A stretch of DNA of 64,000 bases from an uncultured Bacteroidales bacterium (GTDB lineage Bacteria > Bacteroidota > Bacteroidia > Bacteroidales > UBA3663). A model generated the notes under the pieces. The model was not told the origin of the DNA and did not search any database. It saw only the letters and a list, made by a program, of their open reading frames with translations. Of this stretch, positions 18,239 through 28,330 are shown piece after piece; position 1 is the first letter of the stretch; each line of letters starts with the position of its first letter. The DNA lies in NCBI GenBank assembly GCA_946631995.1, contig CAMPAQ010000012.1:32278-96277 (forward strand), in the 5' to 3' direction. The position numbers were made by a program, and so were the translations under genes.

Positions 18239-20278
18239 ATGCAAGAAAAAACACCATCCGACTACGGCTTTTTTCGCGTAGCTACCGCCATCCCCACTGT
18301 CAAGGTGGCCGATGTCGAATATAACCTGAAACAGCACATCGAGCTCATCCGTCAGGCACATGCCGACGGAGTCCAGCTGCTCGCCTTCCCCGAACTTTCG
18401 CTCACGGGCTACACCTGTGCCGACCTTTTCCATCACCAGCCGCTGCTCGAGGCCGCGCGCGAAGCCCTGATGCATCTGGCCGAGGCTACACGCGGCATCG
18501 ACATGGCCGTCGTGGTGGGTGCGCCATTGGCCGTGGGCAACCGTCTGTACAACTGCGCCGTGCTGCTGGGCGACGGTGTCATCGCAGGCATCGTGCCCAA
18601 AATCTATCTGCCGACCTACAACGAATTCTACGAGGCGCGCTGGTTCGCGTCGGGTGTCGAGGTGGCCGATGGCAGCTGGCTCGAACTTTCGATGACCGAC
18701 CGTAAGGGCAAGCGCGTACAACAGCGCGTCCGCATCGGCAAAGACCTGCTTTTCGACTTCGAGGGCACGACCGTCGGCATCGAAATCTGCGAGGATCTTT
18801 GGGTGCCGATGGCTCCGTCGAACCGTATGGCATTGGCCGGCGCACAGATCATCGTAAACCTCTCGTGCTCGAACGAGGTGTTGGGCAAGCACGCCTACCT
18901 GCGCCGCATGATCGAGGCCCAGTCGGGTCGTCTGGTGTGCGCCTACGTCTATGCCTCGGCCGGATTCGGCGAGTCATCGACCGACCTCGTCTTTGCCGGC
19001 AAGGGTCTCATCGCCGAAAACGGGACAATGCTCGGCGAGAGCGAACGCTTCCAGATGGAGCCGCACATTCTGGTGCGCGACGTCGATGTCGAAAAGCTGA
19101 AAGTGTTGCGACGCACGCAGAGCACATTCTGCAACCTCATGGCCGATGCCTCTGCCTCGACACGCGATTTCCACAGCGAATACTACTCGCACAGCCTGCC
19201 TCGCACGGGCGGCTACCAGACAATCCAGCTGAGCAAGCTCAAGGCACCCGACTTCGAGCAGCAACTCTACCGCTACGTGGCTCCACGTCCGTTCGTGCCG
19301 GCTTCGGCCGATGACATGGAGGCGCGATGCTCCGAAATCTTCAACATCCAGGTGCAGGGACTTGTGACGCGCCTGCAACACATCCAGGCCAAGACCGCCG
19401 TGGTGGGCATCTCGGGCGGATTGGACTCGACATTGGCTCTGCTCGTCACCATACGCGCCTTCGACAAGCTGGGTTGGTCGCGCGACCGCATCGTCGGCAT
19501 CACCATGCCCGGTTTCGGCACGAGCAAGCGCACACACGGCAACAGCCTCGGCCTAATGAAGGCATTGGGCATCACTACGCGGAAAATCAGCATCAAGGAT
19601 GCCGTCAACCAGCATTTCAAGGACCTCGGCATCGACCCAAGCGTGCACGATGTGACCTACGAGAACTGCCAGGCGCGCGAACGCACACAGATTCTGATGG
19701 ATGCGTCCAACCAGACGGGCGGCATCGTCATCGGCACGGGCGACCTGTCGGAGCTGGCGCTCGGCTGGTGCACCTACAACGGCGACCACATGTCGATGTA
19801 CGCCGTCAACGTCTCCATCCCGAAGACGCTAGTCAAATACCTCGTGCGCTACGTGGCCATGAGCGGCAGCGAAGAGGCGCGCAAGTATCTGCTCGACATC
19901 ATCGACACGCCCATCAGTCCCGAACTCATCCCGACCGACGAGCAGGGCAACATCGCACAGAAGACCGAAGACCTCGTCGGCCCCTACGAGCTGCACGACT
20001 TCTTCCTCTACCACTTCTTCCGCTTCGGTGCATCGGCCGACAAGATTTTCATGTTGGCCAAGAAGGCATTCCAGAGCGACGAATATGCCGGCGAACGCGA
20101 TGCGACCTACGACGACGAAACCATCCGCAAATGGCTCTCGACCTTCATGCGTCGCTTCTTCCAGCAGCAGTTCAAACGTTCATGCCTGCCCGATGGCCCG
20201 AAGGTCGGCACCGTGAGCATCTCGCCACGCGGCGACTGGAGAATGCCGAGCGACGCAAGTTCTGCCTTGTGGAAGTAG
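18239..20278 (+). CDS. nadE: glutamine-dependent NAD(+) synthetase
   Basis: Nitrilase domain (FPELSLTGY, PKIYLP.Y.EFYE, EICEDLW) plus GISGGLDSTL, ENCQARER, QQFKRSCLPDGPK. Confidence 0.97.
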   Translation: MQEKTPSDYGFFRVATAIPTVKVADVEYNLKQHIELIRQAHADGVQLLAFPELSLTGYTCADLFHHQPLLEAAREALMHLAEATRGIDMAVVVGAPLAVGNRLYNCAVLLGDGVIAGIVPKIYLPTYNEFYEARWFASGVEVADGSWLELSMTDRKGKRVQQRVRIGKDLLFDFEGTTVGIEICEDLWVPMAPSNRMALAGAQIIVNLSCSNEVLGKHAYLRRMIEAQSGRLVCAYVYASAGFGESSTDLVFAGKGLIAENGTMLGESERFQMEPHILVRDVDVEKLKVLRRTQSTFCNLMADASASTRDFHSEYYSHSLPRTGGYQTIQLSKLKAPDFEQQLYRYVAPRPFVPASADDMEARCSEIFNIQVQGLVTRLQHIQAKTAVVGISGGLDSTLALLVTIRAFDKLGWSRDRIVGITMPGFGTSKRTHGNSLGLMKALGITTRKISIKDAVNQHFKDLGIDPSVHDVTYENCQARERTQILMDASNQTGGIVIGTGDLSELALGWCTYNGDHMSMYAVNVSIPKTLVKYLVRYVAMSGSEEARKYLLDIIDTPISPELIPTDEQGNIAQKTEDLVGPYELHDFFLYHFFRFGASADKIFMLAKKAFQSDEYAGERDATYDDETIRKWLSTFMRRFFQQQFKRSCLPDGPKVGTVSISPRGDWRMPSDASSALWK

Positions 20279-20403
20279 ACCCACCCCCCAAGCCCCCTCC
20301 CGTTATATAGGGAGGGGGAGTATATACAAAAAGAAAGACAGAAACATTGCCAACATTTTTATTTTTATGGCCAATGATTTCCATCTTGATTATGGACAAT
20401 GGT

Positions 20404-20688
20404 TCACGACCACGAAACGGCGGTTAGGGCTGCCATAGTGTAGCGGCCGACCGTAAAAAGGTGAGGATTGCGAAGCGGTAAGCCTTGTTTGAGGCCGACA
20501 GGCTGAGTTCGGCTTACAAGCGAGCGAGGCCACCTTTTTGCAGGCCGCGTAACGTAAGGCTTGACTTTCTTTGCTTACTTTCTTGTGTCAAGACAAGATC
20601 CTCGCAGCGGATAGAACGATTGATAATCGTTCAGCGAGAAGACGAGCTTTAGCGAGAGTCCAGAAGTGCCCTCCGCAAAGGAGAAAAC
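20404..20688 (-). repeat. structured dispersed element, copy B (nested 57-bp unit at 20600-20656)
   Basis: Reverse complement aligns with 15143-15430 and 63706-63907. Confidence 0.85.
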
Positions 20689-20724
20689 CAAAATATGTAA
20701 TCAGTAATTTGTAATTTAAATAAT

Positions 20725-22608
20725 ATGACTATCAACGAATTCAAACAAACACTCAACGACGAGAAAATCGAGAATATCAAGGCCATTCTGGCCAAAACCG
20801 ACAAGCTGACCGACGACGAATCGCAGGTCATCGAGGACTACATCAAGGCATCGGCCGAAGCTCTGGGCGACGACCAGATTGCCGAACCCGTGCGCTACAT
20901 CCTGACATCGATCGGCGGACTGCGTGCCACCGACCTGCAGGCTGTCATCGGCGAAGAATTCAATCCCGACACCTTCGAGGAGTGGAACAACGTGCTCGGC
21001 GTGCCCTTCCTCGCCTACCGCGAGCTGCCCAACTGCAAGCTGTACGACTTCACGCCGCAGCTACGCGAAAAATTGGACAAGATGCTCGACGAGGGCAACC
21101 ACCGCAGCTGCGCGAGCGACCTCGGCTACTACCTGCTTGAGCACAAGGAGGCCGGCGACATCGTGCGCGACGTGCAGATTACCCACCTGCTGCTCGATGG
21201 CGGCGAGACGGCTGCCGTAGCCGAATACGTCAGCCAGGCCGAGGGCGAGCAATTGCGATTGGCCGTAAACACACTCGGACAGGCGTTGAAGGATGCGCCG
21301 CAGGCCGTGAAGGACTGCGTCTATGACATGCCGCGCTGCGAGGGCGAGAAAATCAACCTGACCAAGCTGCTCATGATTCTGCTCAACGACGCACTGAACA
21401 TCGTGGGCAATCCGGAACTCATCAAGCCATCGGCCGAACGCCTCACTCAGGTCGTCGAGGAACTCATCGGCCAAGGCCATCAGGAGATTTCCGTCATCTT
21501 GGGCATCGGCCGACTCCGCATCGCACAGAACGCCCGTATGCGCCGCCAGGAACAGGAGGCACAGCAGGCATTCATCGCTGCCATGAACTACCTCATGACG
21601 CCGCTCCAGCAGGCCGACCCGCTCACCATCAGCAGCGAGCAGATCCGCCAATATTGGATTGCACTGAAAATCTGTCAAGAGATGGCTCAGCCGAAGGCCA
21701 TCGCCGTCCTCTTTGAGGCCATCGTCAAGGCCGAACGCGCTCAGACTCAAGACGAAAAGCGCACTGAAGAGGAGCGCGGCCGCATCGCCGAAGACATCAT
21801 CAACCAGCACATCGACATGGCCAAACTCTACTACGCGCTTCCGAAGGAGTTGCAGGAGCAGTTCACCAACTACACCGAGCCTGCCATCAGCCTGCTCGAC
21901 GCATTTCTGGATGAGCCGAAGGGCGATTATTCATCGCTCGACACCGCCGACCTCGCCAAGATGGCCGGCTTCTACCAGTCGCTCGGCGAGCTGTGCGACC
22001 ACGTTGAACGTCACGACAAGGCATACGACGCACTGGTCGAGGCCCAGATACTGCAAATGAAGCTCGTCGGCCAATTCCAGAAGCAGGACGGCGAACGGAT
22101 GTCGCCTCAGGGTCTGCTGCAACGCCTCGCGCTGTCGGTCACGAACCACATGCTGGCCATGCACTACCGTCGCCAGAACAAGTCGAACCACGACCTCACC
22201 GTTGTGCTTACGGCCAATATGAATCTCGCGCTCGACTGCTTCAAGGCATATCCGCGCGACGGCCGCGTCATCCACTTCGCCATCAACGCGGCCCTCGAAC
22301 TCGGTGCGATGCAGCATAGCACGGGCGGTCTGCTGGCCGAGTGCGGCACCTACGAGAAGGTCATCCGCCAGTTCGTAGTGTTGAACAACATGCGCCTCGA
22401 CGGCCAGCTCTGCCAGGACATGGCGATGATCCACACCAAGTGCGGTCAGGCTCAGGCCGATGCGAAAATCCGCCGTTATGGCGATGCTGTGCGCAACCTG
22501 AACGTCGCCAAACAGCTGTGGGAGACATTGGCCAAGACCACCAAGAATGCCGAATTCCAGAAGAATGCCGACACTGTGGCCCAAATCATCGCAAAAATCA
22601 AGAAGTAA
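20725..22608 (+). CDS. hypothetical alpha-helical (TPR-like) protein
   Basis: 627-aa ORF with host-like codon usage and no signal peptide. TPR-like helices in the C-terminal half (FYQSLGELC…DKAYDAL; IHTKCGQAQ…YGDAVRNL). Confidence 0.8.
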   Translation: MTINEFKQTLNDEKIENIKAILAKTDKLTDDESQVIEDYIKASAEALGDDQIAEPVRYILTSIGGLRATDLQAVIGEEFNPDTFEEWNNVLGVPFLAYRELPNCKLYDFTPQLREKLDKMLDEGNHRSCASDLGYYLLEHKEAGDIVRDVQITHLLLDGGETAAVAEYVSQAEGEQLRLAVNTLGQALKDAPQAVKDCVYDMPRCEGEKINLTKLLMILLNDALNIVGNPELIKPSAERLTQVVEELIGQGHQEISVILGIGRLRIAQNARMRRQEQEAQQAFIAAMNYLMTPLQQADPLTISSEQIRQYWIALKICQEMAQPKAIAVLFEAIVKAERAQTQDEKRTEEERGRIAEDIINQHIDMAKLYYALPKELQEQFTNYTEPAISLLDAFLDEPKGDYSSLDTADLAKMAGFYQSLGELCDHVERHDKAYDALVEAQILQMKLVGQFQKQDGERMSPQGLLQRLALSVTNHMLAMHYRRQNKSNHDLTVVLTANMNLALDCFKAYPRDGRVIHFAINAALELGAMQHSTGGLLAECGTYEKVIRQFVVLNNMRLDGQLCQDMAMIHTKCGQAQADAKIRRYGDAVRNLNVAKQLWETLAKTTKNAEFQKNADTVAQIIAKIKK

Positions 22609-22624
22609 GACTCCGCAATCCGAC

Positions 22625-22667
22625 AAAAAAACAGTCACCGATGCCCAAAACACCGGTGACTGTTTTT
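22625..22667. terminator. bidirectional intrinsic terminator between convergent genes
   Basis: AAAAAAACAGTCACCG-loop-CGGTGACTGTTTTT. Confidence 0.85.
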
Positions 22668-22690
22668 CTTTTGTTTATGGCCAATGCACC

Positions 22691-24748
22691 CTACTTTAGT
22701 TTTTGGCCGATAGCGTTCATTGTCAGTCCGTCACGCTCGATGACGAACTGCCCGTTGCGGATAGCCTTTGCAGCCCTTTTCTTGTCCGACGACTTCACTA
22801 CGCGGATTTCGCTCACGTCGTCGCTGGCCGGACGTTCGTAAGGGCCGATGTCGCGCGACTGGCCGGTGACGGTGCGAGCGAGGAACGGGAAATCGGCCAC
22901 AAGCTGCTGATATACGGCGCAGGTCGATTCGTATGTCACATCGCCCGAATCGATGAGCTTGCTGTCGGCAGCCAGACGGGCGAAACGTCGCGGCAGAGAA
23001 CCGTCAACGGCACGCGGCTTGAGCGCCTCCTCCTCGTCGAGCGAAATGAAATCTTCGCGGCCGATGCCCGTCACGAGGTGGTTCGTCCAACCGTTCTTCG
23101 ACATGGGCGATGCGATGGCATTCCAGTCGTCGCCGCCCACGCAGATTTCCTGTCGGCCCAGACAGATGTTGTTGCAGAAATAGGTGTCGGCCGACGAACC
23201 TCCGCTCTCGAACATGAAGTCGTAACTGTTGTCGAAGCCGAGGCATCCGATGAGCACGTGCCCCTCCTTGTGGCTGTTGCAGTCGAAGCCCTTGACCGAG
23301 CTGCCGTTGTTGTTGCCGAACGAGATGCAGTTAATCGCGTAGTGGATGCCCCGCGACGAGCCACCCGTGCCGTTGCCGCCCAGCTTGATGCCGTTGCCGT
23401 TGCCCGAGAAGGACATCGAACCGCCCTTCGTCACGTAGTCCTTGACCCAAGTGTGGTCGGCCGCCTTGCCCGACTCCCACGCCCAACATTCGACGAGCAC
23501 GACGCTGAAATCGGTTTCGTAGAGGTCCCACGCGTCGTCGGAATTGTGCCATGCACGACAACGGATGAAGCGGTTGCCCTTGCCGTTGTGCATCTTGCAG
23601 GCAAAGCCGTCGGCGTCCGAGCCATAGTTGCTGTCGTAGTCGCAATTATAATAGGAGTCGCAGTCGATGATGTCGTTGTAGGCGCAATACGTGCCATCGT
23701 TCTTCGAGCCGAAACCGGTGTCGCTGAAGTCGTGGCCGAAACCGAGCTGCAGACCCGTGTCGAGGTTGTAGGAGAACTGGCAACGCTCGATGCGATTGTG
23801 CGAGCCTTCGAGCTTGATGCCGTTGTCGGCCGCGTGTGTGATATGCAGGCCGTAGAGCCACCAGTGGTTGCCCGTCAAGAGGATGCCACGGTCGCCGATG
23901 CTGTTGTCCAGCAACTGCTGCTTGAAGTCGAAGATGGGCAGTTCGTTCTCGTAGTTGCGGATGACGATTGGCGCATTGGCCGTACCCGAAGTCGTGATGC
24001 GCACGGTGTACGATTGGCCGTCCTTCTTGTAGGTCGGGGTGTACGTGCCGCCACGACAGACGATGTGGTCTCCAGCAACGGCATGATCGACAGCATATTG
24101 CAGGTTGAGCCAAGGCTTCTCAAACGAGCCGTCGCCCGTCACGTCGTTGCCATTGGGTGCGATGTAGAATTCGTGCAGAGCCGTCGGGAAAGGCCGCGTC
24201 GGCACGGGGATGCCCTCGGTGATGTAGGTCGGGTCGGGCGTCTCGTCGTTTGTGGTGTTGGCCGATGCCGAGTTCAACGAGATGTCGATGTCGTCCAAGT
24301 AGATGGTCGCGCTCTGGCAGGTGAAACGCAGCAGGACAGCGGTGTCGTCCTCGTCCGAATTGACCTTGAACGAACTGCTTCCGTAGGCCGATGCCGATGA
24401 AATCGTCGCCGTGCCCAGCTCCGACCACGTGACGCCGCCATCGACCGACTTTTCGACCAGGAGTTTCTTGCCGTTGCCCGATGCACGGTGGATGAACGAC
24501 ACGCGTCCCGGCTGGTTCAGCGAGGGCGTAATCACGTAGCCGCCGCCGCTCATCGTGGCACGCAGGCTTCCGTTGTCCTTTTTTGCATAGACACCCTTGA
24601 CTTTCCAGTCGCCCGACGCCAAAGCCACGGTGGTTTCGGCCGATGACGCAGAGCTGGGCAGTCCCGATTCAAATGACTCTTTCAGGTTGTCGGCCAATGC
24701 GCATGCCGCCGCAAGAAAGAGTGACACGAGTAGAGAGAAGTGTTTCAT
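22691..24748 (-). CDS. secreted right-handed beta-helix polysaccharide lyase (PL9-like)
   Basis: Signal peptide; APNGND..GDGS..KPW, RGGTY, DADGFACK, NSDDAWD, GNGNGIKLGG; short Prevotella-type C-terminal domain. Confidence 0.82.
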   Translation of the reverse strand: MKHFSLLVSLFLAAACALADNLKESFESGLPSSASSAETTVALASGDWKVKGVYAKKDNGSLRATMSGGGYVITPSLNQPGRVSFIHRASGNGKKLLVEKSVDGGVTWSELGTATISSASAYGSSSFKVNSDEDDTAVLLRFTCQSATIYLDDIDISLNSASANTTNDETPDPTYITEGIPVPTRPFPTALHEFYIAPNGNDVTGDGSFEKPWLNLQYAVDHAVAGDHIVCRGGTYTPTYKKDGQSYTVRITTSGTANAPIVIRNYENELPIFDFKQQLLDNSIGDRGILLTGNHWWLYGLHITHAADNGIKLEGSHNRIERCQFSYNLDTGLQLGFGHDFSDTGFGSKNDGTYCAYNDIIDCDSYYNCDYDSNYGSDADGFACKMHNGKGNRFIRCRAWHNSDDAWDLYETDFSVVLVECWAWESGKAADHTWVKDYVTKGGSMSFSGNGNGIKLGGNGTGGSSRGIHYAINCISFGNNNGSSVKGFDCNSHKEGHVLIGCLGFDNSYDFMFESGGSSADTYFCNNICLGRQEICVGGDDWNAIASPMSKNGWTNHLVTGIGREDFISLDEEEALKPRAVDGSLPRRFARLAADSKLIDSGDVTYESTCAVYQQLVADFPFLARTVTGQSRDIGPYERPASDDVSEIRVVKSSDKKRAAKAIRNGQFVIERDGLTMNAIGQKLK

Positions 24749-24958
24749 ATTCCAAGATTTTAAGTCAGGTCTGTTTTCCATATACGTAATTCTTCTTCAA
24801 TGGATTAGACAGGAATTTCCGAGAGTTCCATTGGCCGATTTACATCCGTTTTTTTCGGGATTGGCCAACTCGCCTTTGCGTCTTCGCAGCGGGAAAACCG
24901 ATTGATAATCTTTTAGCGAGGGAAATCACCTCCCCTCGGGGAGGTTGGGTGGGGGTCT

Positions 24959-25726
24959 TCACTCCGTCCAGATCCGATAGCTTTCAATCGCCTGTCCGAC
25001 AAGCATTTCGTAGCCGCACTTGACCTGTGCGCCATAATCGGCCGCACGTTTCATAAAGAGCGTTTCGGCCGGATTATAGACGCAGTCGAAGCAGATGTGC
25101 GACGGCGTGAGCAGCTCGTACGGAATGTCGGGGCAAGCATCGACCTTGGGGAACATGCCAAGCGGCGTGCAGTTGACGATGACGAGGTGCGAGGCCATCA
25201 CATCGGCCGTCAAATCGCTGTAAGTCAAGCGACCGGGAGCCGCCGTGCGCGACACATAGACCGGCTCGATGCCCAAGTCGCGTAGCGCCACAAAGATGGC
25301 CTTGCTCGCGCCGCCCGTGCCAAGCACGAGAGCCGCCCGTTCGCCGCCGTGGAGCATCGGCCGCAGACTGTCGCGGAAGCCGACGATGTCGGAGTTGTAG
25401 CCCTTCAGACGCACCCCTGCTACGCGGGTATTCTTATCGGCCGATGGCTCAATCTTCACCACATTGACGGCACCGATGCGCTCGGCCAACGGGTCAAGTT
25501 CGTCGAGGAACTGCATCACGTCCTGCTTGTACGGAATCGTGACGTTGAGGCCGCGCAAGTCTGGTTCATTGGCCAAAACGTAGGGCAACTTGGCGATGTC
25601 GTCGAGGTCAAAATTCTCATAGACGGCATCGATGCCGAGGCGCGCGAAACGGTCGTTGTGGAACTGTCGGGAGAAACTGTGGCCCAGCGGATGACCCAAA
25701 AGGCCGAATTTGGTGTTTGCACTCAT
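24959..25726 (-). CDS. aroE: shikimate dehydrogenase
   Basis: GHPLGHSFS, GLNVTIPYK, IGAVN, GYNSD, LGTGGAS, NCTPLGM. Confidence 0.95.
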   Translation of the reverse strand: MSANTKFGLLGHPLGHSFSRQFHNDRFARLGIDAVYENFDLDDIAKLPYVLANEPDLRGLNVTIPYKQDVMQFLDELDPLAERIGAVNVVKIEPSADKNTRVAGVRLKGYNSDIVGFRDSLRPMLHGGERAALVLGTGGASKAIFVALRDLGIEPVYVSRTAAPGRLTYSDLTADVMASHLVIVNCTPLGMFPKVDACPDIPYELLTPSHICFDCVYNPAETLFMKRAADYGAQVKCGYEMLVGQAIESYRIWTE

Positions 25727-25835
25727 AGGAGTATGTAGGATTGGCATTATCGGTTTGAAACGGCGGCAAAAATACTGTTAAATTTGCACGCGTGCAAGTT
25801 TTTACTTAAATTTGCGCGCCATAAATAATAGGAAC

Positions 25836-27182
25836 ATGAACCGACCCATTTTTCACCTGATTTTCATGGTTGCGACGATGCTGCTCTGCCCCATTTCGGG
25901 CATGGCGGCCGGGCAGTTTGTGGTCGTCATCGATGCCGGTCACGGCGGCGGCGACCCGGGCACACTGCACCGCAAATTCAAGCAGGACGAGAAGACCATC
26001 GCGCTCAACGTGGCGCTCAAGCTCGGCAAACTCATCGAACAGAACCATCCCGACGTGAAAATCGTCTATACGCGCACGACCGATGTCTATCCGACGCTGC
26101 CCGACCGCACCCGCATCGCACGCGAGGCCAAGGGCAACCTCTTCATCTCGATTCACGTCAATTCGGCGCAGAGCAGTTCGGCAAAGGGCGTCGAGACCTA
26201 CGTGTTCGGCATCACCGGACTGCAAGGCAAGAGCGCGGCCGAACAGAAGCGAATCCGCGAACGGACAATGATCGAGCGCGAGAACCTCGACATCGACGGC
26301 AAGCAGATCGACTTCGAGACGGCAGTCGATATCGAGACGAAAATCCTCTGCCAGGCGCAGCGCGAGAAGCACAACAAATACAGCCAGGAGGTCGCCCACT
26401 ACGTGCAGAACAACATCATGTCGGCACTGCGCAAGTCGGACTACCGCAGCAGCGCGGTGGATCGCGGCGTGAAGCAGAAGAACATCTTCGTGCTATGCTA
26501 CAGCCCGATGCCGGCCATCCTCGTCGAACTCGGCTACATGACCAACTACAACGAAGAGAAGTTCCTCAACACGGCCGACGCGCAGACGCTGTTCGCACAA
26601 GCCATCTTCCGTGGGTTCGAGCAGTACAAGAGCAACTGGAGCAAACGCCAGCTGAGGGAAGAAATCGAAGTGCCTGTCGTGGCCGATGCTCCAGCCATCG
26701 CCGACGCTACGCGACCCGAACCGGCAGCCGAAACATCGGCCACAACGGAAAAGCCATCGGCCACGGCAACCCCTGCCCCATCGAACACGACTGCAACGCC
26801 GTCGGACATCGCAACTCAGGCATCGCAGCCCGAACCGCAACCGACGACTGAGCCATCGAACACAACGCCGATGCCTCAAGCCGCAAAAATCGACGTAGCA
26901 TATACGGCCAACGCGCCAGCCGGCACCGAAGTCCCGATGCTGGAAAAACGCTCCTGCTACCGCATCCAGTTCATGAGTTCGACAACCCGCTTCAAACGTG
27001 GCGATGCGGCTCTGAAGGGTCTGTGGCCAGTGCAATGCTACGAGGTGAACGGCTATTTCCGCTACACCTACGGCGAGGCCTCCGACCGGAGTGACCTGCA
27101 ACAGGCCATCCTCAAAGTGCGCAAATCGTTTCCCGACGCATTTTCGGTTCACTTTGACGAAAACGGCAACAGAATAAGATAA
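25836..27182 (+). CDS. N-acetylmuramoyl-L-alanine amidase (Amidase_3) with Pro/Thr/Ala-rich linker and C-terminal SPOR-like domain
   Basis: VIDAGHGGGDPG, EK.IAL, FISIHVN, PAILVELGY; low-complexity linker; YRIQF…FPDAF. Confidence 0.92.
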   Translation: MNRPIFHLIFMVATMLLCPISGMAAGQFVVVIDAGHGGGDPGTLHRKFKQDEKTIALNVALKLGKLIEQNHPDVKIVYTRTTDVYPTLPDRTRIAREAKGNLFISIHVNSAQSSSAKGVETYVFGITGLQGKSAAEQKRIRERTMIERENLDIDGKQIDFETAVDIETKILCQAQREKHNKYSQEVAHYVQNNIMSALRKSDYRSSAVDRGVKQKNIFVLCYSPMPAILVELGYMTNYNEEKFLNTADAQTLFAQAIFRGFEQYKSNWSKRQLREEIEVPVVADAPAIADATRPEPAAETSATTEKPSATATPAPSNTTATPSDIATQASQPEPQPTTEPSNTTPMPQAAKIDVAYTANAPAGTEVPMLEKRSCYRIQFMSSTTRFKRGDAALKGLWPVQCYEVNGYFRYTYGEASDRSDLQQAILKVRKSFPDAFSVHFDENGNRIR

Positions 27183-27257
27183 ACGACCCCCTCCCAACCT
27201 CCCCGAGGGGAGGAGGCAACTCTTATTTCCTACTTCTTATTTCTTAACTTTAGAATA

Positions 27258-28121
27258 ATGAAACGCGCAGAAGAACTTAAAATAGGCATCTGGACCATCG
27301 TGGCCATCGTCGCGATGGTCTTTGGCATCAAGTTCCTGAAAGGCCAGCTGCACACCAGCACGGTCTATTATATGCAGAGCCCCAACGTCGAACGTGTGGC
27401 CGAGTCGAGCCATGTGAAGCTGAACGGCTACAAAGTGGGCTTCGTCGGCTCGATGCACTACAACTACGCGACCAACGAGGTCGTACTCGGCCTCTACCTT
27501 GACCCATCGCTTCGGTTGCCGCGCGGCACATCGGCCATCATCGTGCCCGACCTTTTGGGAAACAGCAACATCCACCTGACTTTGGGCGATGCGGCCAATG
27601 GTTTTATGGCGGCCGGCGACACCCTGCTGGGCGGCGGAATGGCTCCCGGTCTGACCGATGGAATTGCCGACGCGATGCCGAAAGTTATGGCTCTGCTGCC
27701 GAAAGTCGATTCGCTGCTCACGGGGCTGAATACCGTCGTCCACGACACGAAACTGAACGAGACGCTGCTGTCGGTCAACACTTTGGCACACAAGCTCGAC
27801 CGCACGCTCACCGACCTGAACCGCGAACTGCCCGGCATCCTGCACAATGTTGACAATGCCACCGCCAACCTCGACACGCTCAGCGTCGAACTGCGCGAGG
27901 CCCGCATCCGCGACATCATCGGACAAGCCAACGCCACGCTCGATTCGGTCAACCTCATGGTGTCGGCCCTCAACAGTACGCAGGGCACGGCCGGCCGCCT
28001 CATCAACAGCGACGAACTGCACCGCCAGCTTGAAGGCACTTTGGCCGATGTTGACAGCCTCGTGAACGACATCAAGGCGCACCCGAAACGATACATCAAC
28101 ATTAAGGTGTTCGGGAAGTAA
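27258..28121 (+). CDS. MlaD/MCE family protein
   Basis: N-terminal TM helix; S.VKLNGYKVG; coiled region; GTAGRLINSDEL…DIKAHPKRY. Confidence 0.9.
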   Translation: MKRAEELKIGIWTIVAIVAMVFGIKFLKGQLHTSTVYYMQSPNVERVAESSHVKLNGYKVGFVGSMHYNYATNEVVLGLYLDPSLRLPRGTSAIIVPDLLGNSNIHLTLGDAANGFMAAGDTLLGGGMAPGLTDGIADAMPKVMALLPKVDSLLTGLNTVVHDTKLNETLLSVNTLAHKLDRTLTDLNRELPGILHNVDNATANLDTLSVELREARIRDIIGQANATLDSVNLMVSALNSTQGTAGRLINSDELHRQLEGTLADVDSLVNDIKAHPKRYINIKVFGK

Positions 28122-28150
28122 GAAGACACAGACCCTCTCCCCAGCTGTCC

Positions 28151-28208
28151 CCTCGCTAAAGCTCGTCTTCTCGCTGGACGATTATCAATCGTTCTGGTTG
28201 CTGCGAGG
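28151..28208 (+). repeat. 57-bp mini-element (CCTCGC…GCGAGG ends, central ACGATTATCAATCGT palindrome) nested in a CCCTC…GGGGAGG REP
   Basis: Near-identical to 15175-15231 and 20600-20656; partial copies at 24881-24921 and 56306-56330. Confidence 0.85.
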
Positions 28209-28330
28209 ACCCCCGTAATGGGGAGGAAGCATAGGTTACAATCAACTAATGATACGGGATTTTCGTGTTTTTCGTGAATTTCGTGGTTAAATATTTCCAG
28301 GCGAATCAAAGTTCAAAACAAAATAAAATT

